Positions 1 to 12,158 are shown, counted from the first letter of the stretch. The stretch: DNA of 64,000 nucleotides from an uncultured Alphaproteobacteria bacterium (GCA_902580765.1 CACHLW010000005.1:173-64172), one strand, 5' to 3'. The notes: generated by a model not told the origin, from the letters alone. Numbers and translations are program-made.

Positions 1-546
1 AATTCCTGAAGATAGACTTGTCGGTGTATTATAGAAAAACCAACTTGGTCCACTGACTCCTATACTACCAATAATAGATCCATATGACGCGAATATCTTA
101 TCAGCTGTTGTTGCAACCCAATATCCCCCAGATGCTAAAATCTCCTTTGTATAAAAATATATTTTAGTATCTGTGTTTTTCTTAAATTCATAAATAATTT
201 GTTCCAACTCAGCAGTAGCACTTACTGTTCCACCTGGAGAATTAATGTTTATAATTAGAGCCTTAATTTCTAGTTCTTTCAATTCTTCTAAATAAGATTT
301 TACCTGCGAGGGATTGATGTAATCGTAAAGATTATTTCCTAAAACATTGCTGTTATTATTAAATATTGGCCCATTTAAATTAATATTAGCTATAATATTA
401 TTTGAACTAGGTATACCTTCAGTCATTACAAACTGTTTTTTTTCTAGTTCATTTGAAAAATTAAGTAACAAATTAATAATTATTATAAAAATTAATAATG
501 CACTCAAAAAACCAAGAGTTCTAAAAAAAACACTGAAAAATATCAT
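1..546 (-). CDS. sppA: S49 family signal peptide peptidase (SppA-like), C-terminus runs off the window edge
   Basis: Not in the ORF track because it is open at the edge. Manual minus-strand translation from ATG at 546 gives an N-terminal TM segment, then INSPGG, LASGGYWVA and IIGSIGV, which are S49 peptidase motifs. Confidence 0.85.
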   Translation of the reverse strand, partial: MIFFSVFFRTLGFLSALLIFIIIINLLLNFSNELEKKQFVMTEGIPSSNNIIANINLNGPIFNNNSNVLGNNLYDYINPSQVKSYLEELKELEIKALIININSPGGTVSATAELEQIIYEFKKNTDTKIYFYTKEILASGGYWVATTADKIFASYGSIIGSIGVSGPSWFFYNTPTSLSSGI

Positions 547-599
547 TTTTTTTTAAAATAGCATAACTTTGGCTAATTCGAATTTTTTTTTGTTTTCTT

Positions 600-627
600 C
601 TTGAATAGACTTTAATAATGCTTAAAT
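600..627 (+). promoter_or_regulatory. Putative sigma32 (RpoH) promoter of groESL
   Basis: CTTG(AA) at 600, a 17-nt spacer, then CTTAAAT at 621-627. This resembles the alphaproteobacterial RpoH consensus CTTG-N17-CYTATNT and lies just upstream of CIRCE. Confidence 0.6.
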
Positions 628-629
628 AA

Positions 630-656
630 CTAGCACTCTTATAATGAGAGTGCTAA
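630..656. promoter_or_regulatory. CIRCE operator (HrcA binding site)
   Basis: CTAGCACTC-N9-GAGTGCTAA, one mismatch to TTAGCACTC-N9-GAGTGCTAA, directly upstream of groES. Confidence 0.95.
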
Positions 657-698
657 TAAAAAATTATTTAATTTCAATTAGTTAACAAAAGAGGAAAT

Positions 699-1004
699 AT
701 GAAATTTAGACCTTTACATGATAGAGTCTTAGTAAAAAGAGTAGACTCTGATCAAAAAACTGCAGGGGGAATAATTATCCCTGATACTGCTCAAGAAAAA
801 CCAATGGAAGGTGAAGTATTAGAAATTGGTTCTGGAGCAAGAGATGAAACAGGAAAACTAGTACCGTTGGATGTCAAAAAAGGAGATAAAATACTTTTTG
901 GAAAATGGTCTGGTACTGAAGTAAAAATGAATGGTGACGACTTTTTGATAATGAAAGAATCTGACATCATGGGAATTATAACTTCAGGTAAGAAAAAGAA
1001 ATAG
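699..1004 (+). CDS. groES: Co-chaperonin GroES
   Basis: [14 protein letters not shown]...[15 protein letters not shown]; RBS AGAGGA upstream. Confidence 0.99.
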   Translation: MKFRPLHDRVLVKRVDSDQKTAGGIIIPDTAQEKPMEGEVLEIGSGARDETGKLVPLDVKKGDKILFGKWSGTEVKMNGDDFLIMKESDIMGIITSGKKKK

Positions 1005-1007
1005 TAA

Positions 1008-2693
<1,686 letters not shown>

Positions 2694-2710
2694 TTATAAA
2701 ATAAATTTTA

Positions 2711-2744
2711 AAGAAAGGGGCAAATTTATTTGCCCTTTTTTTTT
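2711..2744. terminator. Bidirectional intrinsic terminator between groEL and the glutathione peroxidase gene
   Basis: GGGCAAAT-tt-ATTTGCCC stem, with a T-run after it and an A-rich tract before it, between convergent genes. Confidence 0.85.
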
Positions 2745-3279
2745 AGATTAAACGATCAATCTGATTAGTAATTTTCGAACTGTCTGGCTTTGTCATAGAA
2801 GACCAAGATTTAATAAGATGTCCATTTCTATCAAATAAATATTTGTAAAAATTCCATTTTGGTTTTTCGTTATACTCTTCCTCAATCCATGCATAAATTG
2901 GATGAGCATTGCTTCCTTTCACATCCATTGGTGAAGAGGTAACAAAACCTACCCCGTAATTAACTAAACAAATTTGTTTAATTTCTTCGGCGTCTAAGTA
3001 CTCTTGATTGAAGGAATTACTTGTTGTAGCTATTATTGTTAAATCGCTATTTTTATAGCTCAAAAATAAATTTTGGAGGTCAGCATACTGAGGGGTGAAA
3101 CCACACCTAGAGGCTGTATTCACTATTAAAATTGGCTTACCATCAAACTTCTCTAAATTTACTTGATTACCGTCTATATCTTCAAATGAAAAATCGTATA
3201 AATTCACTGTCTCATTAGCTAATAATGTATTCTTTAAGTTAAGCATAATCAAAAAAACAAGTAAAAATTTAAATTTCAT
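2743..3279 (-). CDS. Glutathione peroxidase family protein (Cys-type, probable signal peptide)
   Basis: IVNTASRCGFTPQY and PKWNFYKYL motifs; hydrophobic N-terminus. Confidence 0.9.
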   Translation of the reverse strand: MKFKFLLVFLIMLNLKNTLLANETVNLYDFSFEDIDGNQVNLEKFDGKPILIVNTASRCGFTPQYADLQNLFLSYKNSDLTIIATTSNSFNQEYLDAEEIKQICLVNYGVGFVTSSPMDVKGSNAHPIYAWIEEEYNEKPKWNFYKYLFDRNGHLIKSWSSMTKPDSSKITNQIDRLI

Positions 3280-3305
3280 GTTAGTGAGTAATAAATATAT
3301 CGCTT

Positions 3306-4442
3306 ATGGAAACATTCAATAGCTTTACCGACCTTTTTTTTGATGTTTGGAATAACGGTGTTTTTGGCATAAATGCTACAGATATCATAGTAAGTCTTGT
3401 AATTTTCCTTCTTTTTTATTTACTCAGAAGGCTTATAGCTAGATTTATTCTTAATCGATTATCAAGAATTGTTTCAAAAACTTCCAATCAAATTGATGAC
3501 GCTGTTATTGAAGTACTTGATGGGCCATTAAAATTTCTCCCTGTCGTTTTAGGTTTCTTTATAGCTTCTTCATATTTAAATGTTTCTGATAACAACCAAG
3601 ATTTTTTAGATTTACTAAACAGATCATTAATTACAATTTTTATATTTTGGCTACTGCATCAATTGATAATACCGTTTTCATTTGTAATAAAAAACTTTGA
3701 GTCAAAAATTTCAAAACCTTTAGTTGATTGGACTCTTAAAGGTTTAAAAATTCTTGTTATTGTTCTTGGAGCAGTAGCAATTTTAGAATTGTGGGGAATA
3801 AGAGTGGGACCAGTAATTGCAGGATTAGGTTTATTTGGTGTAGCCGTTGCACTGGGTGCTCAAGATTTATTTAAAAATTTAATTAGTGGTATAATGATAC
3901 TAATGGAAAAGAGGTTTACTGTTGGTGATGTTATATTAGTATCAGGTGAAGTAGAGGGAGTTGTTGAACAAATTGGCTTTAGATCTACACTAGTTAGAAG
4001 ATTTGATTCAACTCCAGTAATGGTTCCAAATTATAAATTTGCAGAGCAGTCTGTAACTAATTACACTAGAAGACATCATAGACGAATAAGATGGTTAATT
4101 GGATTAGAATATAGAACTAGTATTGATCAATTAAAAAATATCAGAGACGAAATAAATAATTTAATTGAATTAGATGAAAACTTTGCAAAAAATCAAAATG
4201 CAAGTTTCTATGTTCGAATAGATAGTTTTTCTGATAGTTCTATTGATATGCTAGTGCAAACATTTACTGTTACTAATGATTGGGCAGAATTTTTAAAAAT
4301 AAAAGAAAATCTTGCTGTCAAAATAATAGAAATAGTTGAAAATAATGAAGCTGGTTTTGCTTTTCCAAGTCAATCACTTTATGTTGAAAAATTATCAGAT
4401 GAAAAAACAGAAATTTTTAATCCTCAATCTACTAATAAATAA
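3306..4442 (+). CDS. Small-conductance mechanosensitive channel (MscS family)
   Basis: TM helices followed by GLGLFGVAVALGAQDLFKNLISG, FTVGD, GVVEQIGFRST and FAFPSQSLY. Confidence 0.92.
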   Translation: METFNSFTDLFFDVWNNGVFGINATDIIVSLVIFLLFYLLRRLIARFILNRLSRIVSKTSNQIDDAVIEVLDGPLKFLPVVLGFFIASSYLNVSDNNQDFLDLLNRSLITIFIFWLLHQLIIPFSFVIKNFESKISKPLVDWTLKGLKILVIVLGAVAILELWGIRVGPVIAGLGLFGVAVALGAQDLFKNLISGIMILMEKRFTVGDVILVSGEVEGVVEQIGFRSTLVRRFDSTPVMVPNYKFAEQSVTNYTRRHHRRIRWLIGLEYRTSIDQLKNIRDEINNLIELDENFAKNQNASFYVRIDSFSDSSIDMLVQTFTVTNDWAEFLKIKENLAVKIIEIVENNEAGFAFPSQSLYVEKLSDEKTEIFNPQSTNK

Positions 4443-5446
4443 TGAATGAAAATAATCGCGTAATTTCTGGCTCTCTTTTTATATTGGCAAGTATCGCTGT
4501 TGCATTTATTTTAAATTTCTCTCAACCTATAATGGTCCCGTTTGTTTTAGCACTTCTTTTAAGAATATTAATTGATCCAATAATTGATTTTCAGACTATA
4601 AATCTTCGCGTACACAGATTTATAGCAGTTTTTATTAGTATTTGTTTAATTGTACTTTTATTCTCAATTATAGTTCCTTTTATTGTTTCTTCTGTGGCAA
4701 CATTTTTAGAGTCTGCAGATGACTATAATCAAAAAGTAATCATTTTAATTGAGGCAATCATAATACAGCTTCAACAATTTGAAATTGATATTGATAGAGA
4801 AACAATCAGAAATACAATTGCAGAGTTACCAATTACTAATTGGGCTGGAACCATATTAAGTAATAGTGCAAATTTTATCTCAAAGTTTCTCCTAGTTGTA
4901 ATAATAACTCTTTTTTTATTACTTGGCACACCTCCTAAGAATACCTCTGATGAGTGGAACGATATTATTAGATTAGTAAAAAAATATATATTTACAAAAT
5001 TTTTAACATCAGCTTTTACAGGTATTGCAGCAGGATTAATTTATTGGCTATTAGGTTTAGAATTAGCTTTTATATTTGGGAGCTTAACATTTATTTTAAA
5101 TTTTATCCCTGTTATTGGTTCAGTAATAGCTGTTTTACTTCCATTACCAATAGCATTCCTTCAATATAACGATCCATCACTAGTTGTACTAATTATAATT
5201 TTACCTACTATTATTCATCAAATAGTAGGAAATTTTGTAGAACCAAAAATATTTGGTGAGAGTTTTGGATTACATCCAATTACGATTCTTTTATCTTTAA
5301 TTTTCTGGGGAATGATTTGGGGGTTCATTGGAGTTCTTCTTGCAGCACCTTTGACTGCAATCATTAGAATTTCATTTGAAAGATTTGAAACAACCAAACA
5401 AATTGCAAGATTATTAGAAGGTAAGATTCATATTAAAGAAAATTAA
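4442..5446 (+). CDS. AI-2E family (PerM/TqsA-like) transporter
   Basis: LNFIPVIGS, GNFVEPKIFG, LHPITILLSLIFWG and WGFIGVLLAAPL. Confidence 0.9.
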   Translation: MNENNRVISGSLFILASIAVAFILNFSQPIMVPFVLALLLRILIDPIIDFQTINLRVHRFIAVFISICLIVLLFSIIVPFIVSSVATFLESADDYNQKVIILIEAIIIQLQQFEIDIDRETIRNTIAELPITNWAGTILSNSANFISKFLLVVIITLFLLLGTPPKNTSDEWNDIIRLVKKYIFTKFLTSAFTGIAAGLIYWLLGLELAFIFGSLTFILNFIPVIGSVIAVLLPLPIAFLQYNDPSLVVLIIILPTIIHQIVGNFVEPKIFGESFGLHPITILLSLIFWGMIWGFIGVLLAAPLTAIIRISFERFETTKQIARLLEGKIHIKEN

Positions 5447-5913
5447 CTTAATATTTTTTTACATATATCATAACTAAATCCAGCCCTTGCCATTTTTGCT
5501 AATTTTTTTTCATAGCTTTCATTTTTTTCTAACAACTTCTTTTTCTTAGCAAATATTCTTGCTGACTCTAACTCCCAATTTTCATTATCTTGTTTCATTA
5601 AGTTTAAATTATTTTGAATTTGAGATTTATTTACTCCTTTTTTTATCAAGTAATTGAAAATAAATTTTGTAGATTTTCCAGAATTTGATAAAGATAGAAT
5701 TTTTGTTGCACTATATCTATCGTCATCAATAAATTTATTTTTTTCTAATTTTAAAATTATACTTTCAATAATATCTATAAGTTTTTTTTTCTCAAAATTT
5801 GTTACATTTAATCTTAAAATTTTTCTTTTAAGTACATTTACTAAATTATTCTTTGAGGAATCGTATTTACTTAAGTAATCAACTGCGTATTTTAAGAGTT
5901 TTTTTTCGTCCAC
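5443..5913 (-). CDS. recX: RecX regulatory protein
   Basis: YAVDYLSKY..SS..L...L.RK, FIDDDRY, GKS and KLAKMARAGFSYD. Start moved to GTG at 5913 because the longer ORF overlaps the divergent gene. Confidence 0.75.
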   Translation of the reverse strand: MDEKKLLKYAVDYLSKYDSSKNNLVNVLKRKILRLNVTNFEKKKLIDIIESIILKLEKNKFIDDDRYSATKILSLSNSGKSTKFIFNYLIKKGVNKSQIQNNLNLMKQDNENWELESARIFAKKKKLLEKNESYEKKLAKMARAGFSYDICKKILS

Positions 5914-5961
5914 TAAATTAATATACAAATAATTTAAATATATTAAAAGAAAACTCCTAAT

Positions 5962-6732
5962 ATGATTCACTATAATTATCTTTGTTTTCTTACATTAGTA
6001 AAAAAAGAAGTGTTTAGGTTCTTAAAAGTTGGAATACAAACTGTGATTGGACCAGCCATTAGCTCTTTATTATTTCTAGCTGTTTTTAGTCTGGCTCTCG
6101 GTAGATCTGTAAATTCAATAAATGGTATTGATCTTCCTTATTTTATCGCACCTGGTTTGATAATGATGACTATGCTTCAAAACTCTTTTGCCAATTCCGC
6201 ATCAAGTATCGGTCAATCAAAATTTCAAGGTAATATTGTAGACATATTAATGGCCCCATTAAACAATGTTGAATTAGCATTCGGATTTATAATTGGCTCA
6301 GTTTGCAGGGGTGTTGTGTGCGGTATAGTAACTACTTTAGGAGTTATGATATTTGTACCTCTTCAGGTTCATTCTTATACGGCACTACTATTTTTCACAT
6401 TAATGGGATGCACAATGATGGGAACTTTGGGTACAATTGTCGGCATTTGGGCGGACAAATGGGATCAACAACAAGGTATAACTAACTTTATTGTTTTACC
6501 TCTTACTTTTTTATCAGGAACATTCTATTCAATTTCAAGACTTCCTGATTTTTGGCAGACAGTTTCTTCATTTAATCCATTCTTTTACAATATTGATGGC
6601 TTCAGATATGCTTTTACGGGTATTTCTGATAGCTCGTTAATCCATGGCTCAATATTCTTAATAATTATTAATATTATATTAATTTTAATATGCTATTTTA
6701 TGTTTCTCAAAGGATATAAAATTAAATTTTAA
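5962..6732 (+). CDS. ABC-2 type transporter permease (YadH-like)
   Basis: KEVFRFLKV..QT, FIAPGLIMM, PLTFLSGTFYSI and NPFFYNIDGFRY. Confidence 0.9.
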   Translation: MIHYNYLCFLTLVKKEVFRFLKVGIQTVIGPAISSLLFLAVFSLALGRSVNSINGIDLPYFIAPGLIMMTMLQNSFANSASSIGQSKFQGNIVDILMAPLNNVELAFGFIIGSVCRGVVCGIVTTLGVMIFVPLQVHSYTALLFFTLMGCTMMGTLGTIVGIWADKWDQQQGITNFIVLPLTFLSGTFYSISRLPDFWQTVSSFNPFFYNIDGFRYAFTGISDSSLIHGSIFLIIINIILILICYFMFLKGYKIKF

Positions 6733-6734
6733 AT

Positions 6735-7913
6735 ATGGTTAACAAACCCTTATCAAATGTTATGCCAACTTATGGCAATAAAACTCTTGAATTTGTAAAA
6801 GGAAAAGGATGTTATTTATACACTAGTCAAAACAAAAAGTATTTAGATTTTGCAAGTGGAATAGCTGTAAACTCTCTTGGTCATTGTCATCCAAAACTAA
6901 TAGAGGCACTGAATAAGCAATCAAAACAACTCTGGCATGTTTCAAACTTATATAAAATAAAAAAACAAGAACAATTTGCAAAATTACTTTGTAAAAATTC
7001 TTTTGCAGACAAAGTGTTTTTTACTAATTCTGGAACTGAGTCTATTGAATGTGGAATTAAAATAATAAGAGGATATCATTCCTATCACAAGACTAATAAA
7101 ACAGAGATTATTACTTTTGATGGCGCTTTCCATGGCAGAACTTATGGAGCTCTTTCAGCACAAAAAAACAATAAATATTCTAAAGGTTTTGGCCCTATGC
7201 TTAAAGGCTTTAAACAAATTGAATTTAATAATGAAAAAAAATTAATCTCGGCAATAAACAAAAAAACAGCTGGTATCATTATTGAACCAATTCAAGGAGA
7301 AGGAGGTATTCGTCCTGCTAATCTAAGTTTTTTAAAACTATTAAGAGACATCTGTAATGAAAAAAAAATTTTACTTTTTTTTGACGAAGTTCAATGTGGA
7401 TTTGGTAGATCTGGTAAATTATTCTCTCATGAATGGGCAAAAATAAAACCTGACATCATGTCTGTTGCAAAAGGTATAGGATCGGGTTTTCCACTTGGAG
7501 CTTGCATGTCAACAAACAAGGCATGTGTTGCAATGACTAAGGGTAGTCATGGATCAACCTATGGTGGTAATCCGTTAGCTATGAGTGTAGGTTTAGAAGT
7601 TTTAAAAGTTATCTCTAATAAAACATTTCTTTCAAAGATTGATAAAACTGCTAGATATTTTTGGAAAAATTTAAAAGAATTAGAGAATATATCTAATATT
7701 ATTTCAGAGGTTAGAGGTGCAGGACTTTTATTGGGAATTAAAACAAATATTAGCAATATAGATTTTTCTGAACAACTTAAAAAAAATAAATTACTAAATG
7801 TACCTGCGGCAGATAATACAGTAAGATTAGCTCCACCACTTATTGTATCTTATAAAGAGATTGATGAATCAATTTCAATAATTAAAAAAAGTATGAAAGA
7901 ATTATCTAAATGA
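6735..7913 (+). CDS. argD: Acetylornithine aminotransferase
   Basis: YLDFASGIAVNSLGH, FHGRT, EPIQGEGG, DEVQCG, AKGIG and HGSTYGGNPL; adjacent to argF. Confidence 0.93.
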   Translation: MVNKPLSNVMPTYGNKTLEFVKGKGCYLYTSQNKKYLDFASGIAVNSLGHCHPKLIEALNKQSKQLWHVSNLYKIKKQEQFAKLLCKNSFADKVFFTNSGTESIECGIKIIRGYHSYHKTNKTEIITFDGAFHGRTYGALSAQKNNKYSKGFGPMLKGFKQIEFNNEKKLISAINKKTAGIIIEPIQGEGGIRPANLSFLKLLRDICNEKKILLFFDEVQCGFGRSGKLFSHEWAKIKPDIMSVAKGIGSGFPLGACMSTNKACVAMTKGSHGSTYGGNPLAMSVGLEVLKVISNKTFLSKIDKTARYFWKNLKELENISNIISEVRGAGLLLGIKTNISNIDFSEQLKKNKLLNVPAADNTVRLAPPLIVSYKEIDESISIIKKSMKELSK

Positions 7914-8803
7914 AACATTTTATTGATATTAACAATTTTAAAAAAAAAGAAATTGATGAAATAATTTCACTTGCAAAAAAAATAAAAAAAAATCCAAAAA
8001 AATATTCTACTTTATGTAGAAATAAAACTCTCGGTTTAATTTTTGAAAAGCAGTCACTAAGAACACGATTAAGCTTCAATGTAGGAATGCAAAAATTAGG
8101 GGGTTTTGTTTTAGAACTGCAAAGTAAAGATATTGGTTTTGATAATAAAAGAGAAAAAGCAGAAGATGTTCTTAATGTATTAAGTCAATATATTGATTGT
8201 TTGATGATAAGAAATAATAACCACAAACAAATAGTAAATTTAAGCAAAGAAAATATTATTCCAATAATTAATGGCCTAACCGAATATAGTCATCCATGTC
8301 AAATACTTGGAGATTTTTTAACGCTTCAAGAGAAGTTTAAAAACTATAAAAATTTAAGTATTGCTTGGATAGGTGATTATAATAATGTTTTACGTTCACT
8401 TATTCATTTGCAAAATATTTATAATTTTAAACTTAATGCTATTATGCCCAATCAAATTTTTAAAAATTATAAAAATGAATTTCTAAAATATAATAATAAA
8501 AATATCAAATATTTTGATGATCCTTTTGAAGGCGTAAAAAAATCGAATTGCATAATGACTGATGTTTGGGTTTCAATGGGTGAAAAAAATAATAAAACTA
8601 AATATTTTAAAAATTTTACTGTAAATAAGAAAGTTATGAGTAATGCATCAAATAATGCAATATTTATGCATTGCTTACCAGCAAAAAGAGGGAAGGAAGT
8701 AACTTCAGATGTACTTGATGGTAAAAATTCTGTTGTATTACAACAAGCAAAAAATAGAATGTATATTCAACAAGCGATATTGATTTATGTACTTAAAAAA
8801 TAG
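7910..8803 (+). CDS. argF: Ornithine carbamoyltransferase
   Basis: FEKQSLRTR, HPCQ, TDVWVSMG and FMHCLP. Confidence 0.93.
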   Translation: MKHFIDINNFKKKEIDEIISLAKKIKKNPKKYSTLCRNKTLGLIFEKQSLRTRLSFNVGMQKLGGFVLELQSKDIGFDNKREKAEDVLNVLSQYIDCLMIRNNNHKQIVNLSKENIIPIINGLTEYSHPCQILGDFLTLQEKFKNYKNLSIAWIGDYNNVLRSLIHLQNIYNFKLNAIMPNQIFKNYKNEFLKYNNKNIKYFDDPFEGVKKSNCIMTDVWVSMGEKNNKTKYFKNFTVNKKVMSNASNNAIFMHCLPAKRGKEVTSDVLDGKNSVVLQQAKNRMYIQQAILIYVLKK

Positions 8804-9359
8804 TTTTATTCTAATTTTTTTTATTATTCTGTCTTGTCAGCCAGTTGAGATATTAAAATCAGTTGAAATTGATACGGCTAGATTTGAAAAAATATCAATA
8901 AATGCTCAAATAATTGAAGTTAATAAAAAATACAATTCAGTATTTTCCAAATCTAATATTGAGGATCAAATACAAAAATCTCCAATTAATTTAATGGTTG
9001 AATGGAATAGCAAGAACATTCTTAAACTTGGAAACGAAAACAAGTTAGTTATAAATATTTTAGATGCATCTATTAAAAAAAATGAAATAATGAATGTTGG
9101 TGCTAAAAAATATGAGGAAAGAACAATATTTAATTACGAACTATTTTATTTAGTTGAATATGAGCTTTATGATAATAGTGGTTTTTTAATAGCTAATACA
9201 ATAGTAGAAACTTCAAGATCCACAACTTCTCAAAAATATATTTCTTTAAATGAAACTGAAATAATTATTAATGATTTATTAGTTTCAGCAATGAGAGATT
9301 ACATAAATGAAACAAAAAACCAATTATCAATTTATATGAAAGATTATTTGAGTTTTTAA
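8787..9359 (+). CDS. Hypothetical lipoprotein
   Basis: 190-aa ORF with a lipobox-like ILSC after a hydrophobic stretch; overlaps the argF stop. Confidence 0.65.
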   Translation: MYLKNSFILIFFIILSCQPVEILKSVEIDTARFEKISINAQIIEVNKKYNSVFSKSNIEDQIQKSPINLMVEWNSKNILKLGNENKLVINILDASIKKNEIMNVGAKKYEERTIFNYELFYLVEYELYDNSGFLIANTIVETSRSTTSQKYISLNETEIIINDLLVSAMRDYINETKNQLSIYMKDYLSF

Positions 9360-10804
9360 CTTCTCCAAAAATTTATAGATAATAAAACTAATACTGTAAA
9401 AATTTCTAATCTTCCAATAATCATAGTAATTGATAATATCCATTTAGCTCCATTATCTAATAAAAAATAATTTCCACTAGGTCCAATTATTTCACCTAAA
9501 CCGGGACCAACGTTTGATATTGCAGAAGCTGCTGCTGAAAAAGCGGTTAAAAAATCTAAATTAAATAAGCTTAAACTTACTGCTGATAAAATAAATAAGA
9601 ATATATACATAAAGAAAAAGCCCATTATTGAGTTATAAGTATTTTCATTAACTGTTTTGCCATTAAATCGCATAACCAAGACTGCATGAGGCTGAGTTAA
9701 CTTTCTAATTTGTGTAATCGCCCCTCTAAACAAAATTTGTAATCTGAATATTTTAATTCCACCAGTGGTAGATCCTGCACATCCACCAATAAACATAATA
9801 ATCATCATTATTACAATGCCAAAACTTCCCCAATTGGAAAAGTTACTACTAGTATAACCGGTCCCAGTTAAAATTGATGTAATATTGAATAAAGCAATTC
9901 TAAAAGCTGAAATTATATCTATAGATTGATTAGTAGTTAGCCAAATTGTCGTTAACAAAATAATTATAAACAAAATTAGAAAGAATAATTTTATTTGATC
10001 ATCTTTAAAAATTAACTTTTTTTGATTGTGTAGAAATTGCAAATATAAGACAAATGGCAAACTGCCAACCAACATAAAAATAATACTTATAACTTCTATT
10101 TTAAATGAATTAAAATATGAAAATGATTCATTATAATTAGAAAATCCACCAGTTGAAATTGTAGTCATTGCATGAATAATTGAATCAAAACCTTTCATTC
10201 CATTTACAAAGTATAAAAAGGTACAAATAATTGACAAAGACACATAAAGTAGAAATAACTCAATTACAAATCGATTAACTTTAGGAATAGTTTTTTCATA
10301 AGGATCATCATGTTCCATGTGAAGTAGCTGCATTCCACCAATTTGTAAAGTTGGTAATATAGCCATTGCAAGAACAATAATTCCTATTCCTCCAAACCAT
10401 TGAAGGAGAGATCTCCAAATTAAAATTCCCTCTGATAAGTTTTCTAAATTATTAATAACAGTTGCACCAGTTGTAGTAATTCCACTCACAGACTCAAAAA
10501 AAGCATCTGTATATGACAGTGAAGATGATGAATACACAAATGGAATTGCACCAAAAAAAGATATAACCAACCAAGATAAAATAGTTAATAAAAATGCCTG
10601 TCTAATTCCAAGTTTAATATTTTTTTTTCTAAATGAAAAATATAAAATTATACCAATAAAGAATGTGATTAAGCTTGAGTAAAAAAATTGTAACCAATCA
10701 TAATTTCCATAATATAGATCGAAGAACAATGGTATCAGCATTGCAACTGCTTCAATGCATATTAATAATCCAATTATATTTAATATTGACCTAAAGTCTC
10801 TCAT
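9356..10804 (-). CDS. trkH: Trk potassium uptake membrane protein
   Basis: FFESVSGITTTGAT, QWFGGIG, TISTGGFS, GGCAGSTTGGIK, SNVGPG and GRLE. Confidence 0.95.
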   Translation of the reverse strand: MRDFRSILNIIGLLICIEAVAMLIPLFFDLYYGNYDWLQFFYSSLITFFIGIILYFSFRKKNIKLGIRQAFLLTILSWLVISFFGAIPFVYSSSSLSYTDAFFESVSGITTTGATVINNLENLSEGILIWRSLLQWFGGIGIIVLAMAILPTLQIGGMQLLHMEHDDPYEKTIPKVNRFVIELFLLYVSLSIICTFLYFVNGMKGFDSIIHAMTTISTGGFSNYNESFSYFNSFKIEVISIIFMLVGSLPFVLYLQFLHNQKKLIFKDDQIKLFFLILFIIILLTTIWLTTNQSIDIISAFRIALFNITSILTGTGYTSSNFSNWGSFGIVIMMIIMFIGGCAGSTTGGIKIFRLQILFRGAITQIRKLTQPHAVLVMRFNGKTVNENTYNSIMGFFFMYIFLFILSAVSLSLFNLDFLTAFSAAASAISNVGPGLGEIIGPSGNYFLLDNGAKWILSITMIIGRLEIFTVLVLLSINFWRS

Positions 10805-10816
10805 TATTTTTGTAAA

Positions 10817-11209
10817 TTAATTTAATTTATTATTTTCAAATGGTGTATCTAATGAAAACTGAGGTATTTGAACATCAAAAGTATTTCCATCATCACCTTG
10901 CATCTCATAGCTTCCTTCCATAAACCCTGATGATGTAGTTAATGGCGTGCCACTTGTATATTCAAACTTTTCACCTGGATTTAATATAGGTTGCTCTCCT
11001 ACAACACCTTTACCTCTAACTTCTTGAAGAGTGCCATTAGCATCAATAATTTTCCAGTGCCTGTTTACAAGTTGCACTTTTTTGTTACCTTGGTTATCAA
11101 TCGTTACTTTATATGCCCATACATAATGTTGATCTTCTGGCTCAGATTGATCCTCCAGGTAATACGGTTTTACTGTAATATTTATTTGCTTTGTAGTTTT
11201 AGAGTACAT
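10817..11209 (-). CDS. apaG: ApaG protein
   Basis: RHWKI, GKGVVGEQP, FEYTSG and GFMEGSY. Confidence 0.95.
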   Translation of the reverse strand: MYSKTTKQINITVKPYYLEDQSEPEDQHYVWAYKVTIDNQGNKKVQLVNRHWKIIDANGTLQEVRGKGVVGEQPILNPGEKFEYTSGTPLTTSSGFMEGSYEMQGDDGNTFDVQIPQFSLDTPFENNKLN

Positions 11210-11249
11210 TAAAAAAAGCTCATTATACCAAAATAAATATAAAAAAAAG

Positions 11250-12158
11250 TTAATTTGTTTTTTTTATTTCGACTCTTCTATTTGCTGGTTGTTTGGTATC
11301 ATCCGGAGTATCCACAGCTAAAGATTTCTCACCTTTACCTAAAATTTTAATATAATTTGGATTAATTCCATAATTAATTAAAATTTCTTTTACAACCTCT
11401 GCTCTTTTGATTGATAATGATAAATTATATTTATTTGTTCCTTTAGTATCAGTATGCCCAACGACAAGATACTCGTTAATAACGTTTCCATATTTATTTA
11501 AAAATTTTTCTATCTTGTCTTTACTAACTTCAGATAAATTGAATTGATCAAAATCAAAATATATTATTTGCATTAATTTTTTATTTTCATTTTTAGTAAC
11601 AATCGTTACTTCATCCTTCGTTTCATTCTCTAAATTACTATTTTGGTTATCTAAAGTTTCCTGCTCATTTGCTTGAGTAGATATTTTATCATAAATATTA
11701 TGCATGGATTTTAAGAAATCATTCTTGCAACTATTAATATCCCATGTTTGCCAATTTTCTTCCTGTTGCTCTGACCAGCAATCTAATGAAGAAATAGCTC
11801 TTGCTAAATTAAAAGGATCAATCTTTTTTGCGTCTTTATAAATTGTCATAAGGTTATCATATGCAATTGTTATTTCATTAATATTTTCTTCTGGAATTTT
11901 CCAATATGAAATTTCTTCAGGATATATTTCATCAGTTTCTAAACTCTTGAGAGCTTTTTCAGAATATAACTTTGCAGAATTCCAATCATGCATTTCTTCT
12001 GCCTCGAAACTAGCTCTTTTTTTGTATTCGGATAGTAAGTGTTCTTGAAAGTTTTTTGGTTCTTTATTTTCCATTTTAGAGAGTTGTTTATAACTAGCTG
12101 AACAACCGCCTAAAAAAATTAGTAAATATATAATAGGTAGTAATAATTTAAGTTTCAT
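11250..12158 (-). CDS. OmpA-family lipoprotein (C-terminal peptidoglycan-binding domain)
   Basis: Lipobox LGGC; C-terminal IYFDFD, VGHTD, YNLSLSIKRA and NRRVEI. Confidence 0.85.
   Translation of the reverse strand: MKLKLLLPIIYLLIFLGGCSASYKQLSKMENKEPKNFQEHLLSEYKKRASFEAEEMHDWNSAKLYSEKALKSLETDEIYPEEISYWKIPEENINEITIAYDNLMTIYKDAKKIDPFNLARAISSLDCWSEQQEENWQTWDINSCKNDFLKSMHNIYDKISTQANEQETLDNQNSNLENETKDEVTIVTKNENKKLMQIIYFDFDQFNLSEVSKDKIEKFLNKYGNVINEYLVVGHTDTKGTNKYNLSLSIKRAEVVKEILINYGINPNYIKILGKGEKSLAVDTPDDTKQPANRRVEIKKTN

Noticed and set aside
347-556. 69-aa plus-strand ORF
   Set aside because: Antisense to the sppA-like gene, which has clear S49 motifs.
5914-5970. N-terminal extensions of the track ORFs for recX (also metF 30054-30098 and fabI 62300-62443)
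   Set aside because: They are low-complexity, overlap divergent genes or promoters, and homology starts at downstream start codons.
5962-6732. ABC permease without an adjacent ATPase as a novel system
   Set aside because: A lone YadH-like permease next to argD is common in Alphaproteobacteria; the ATPase is usually encoded elsewhere.
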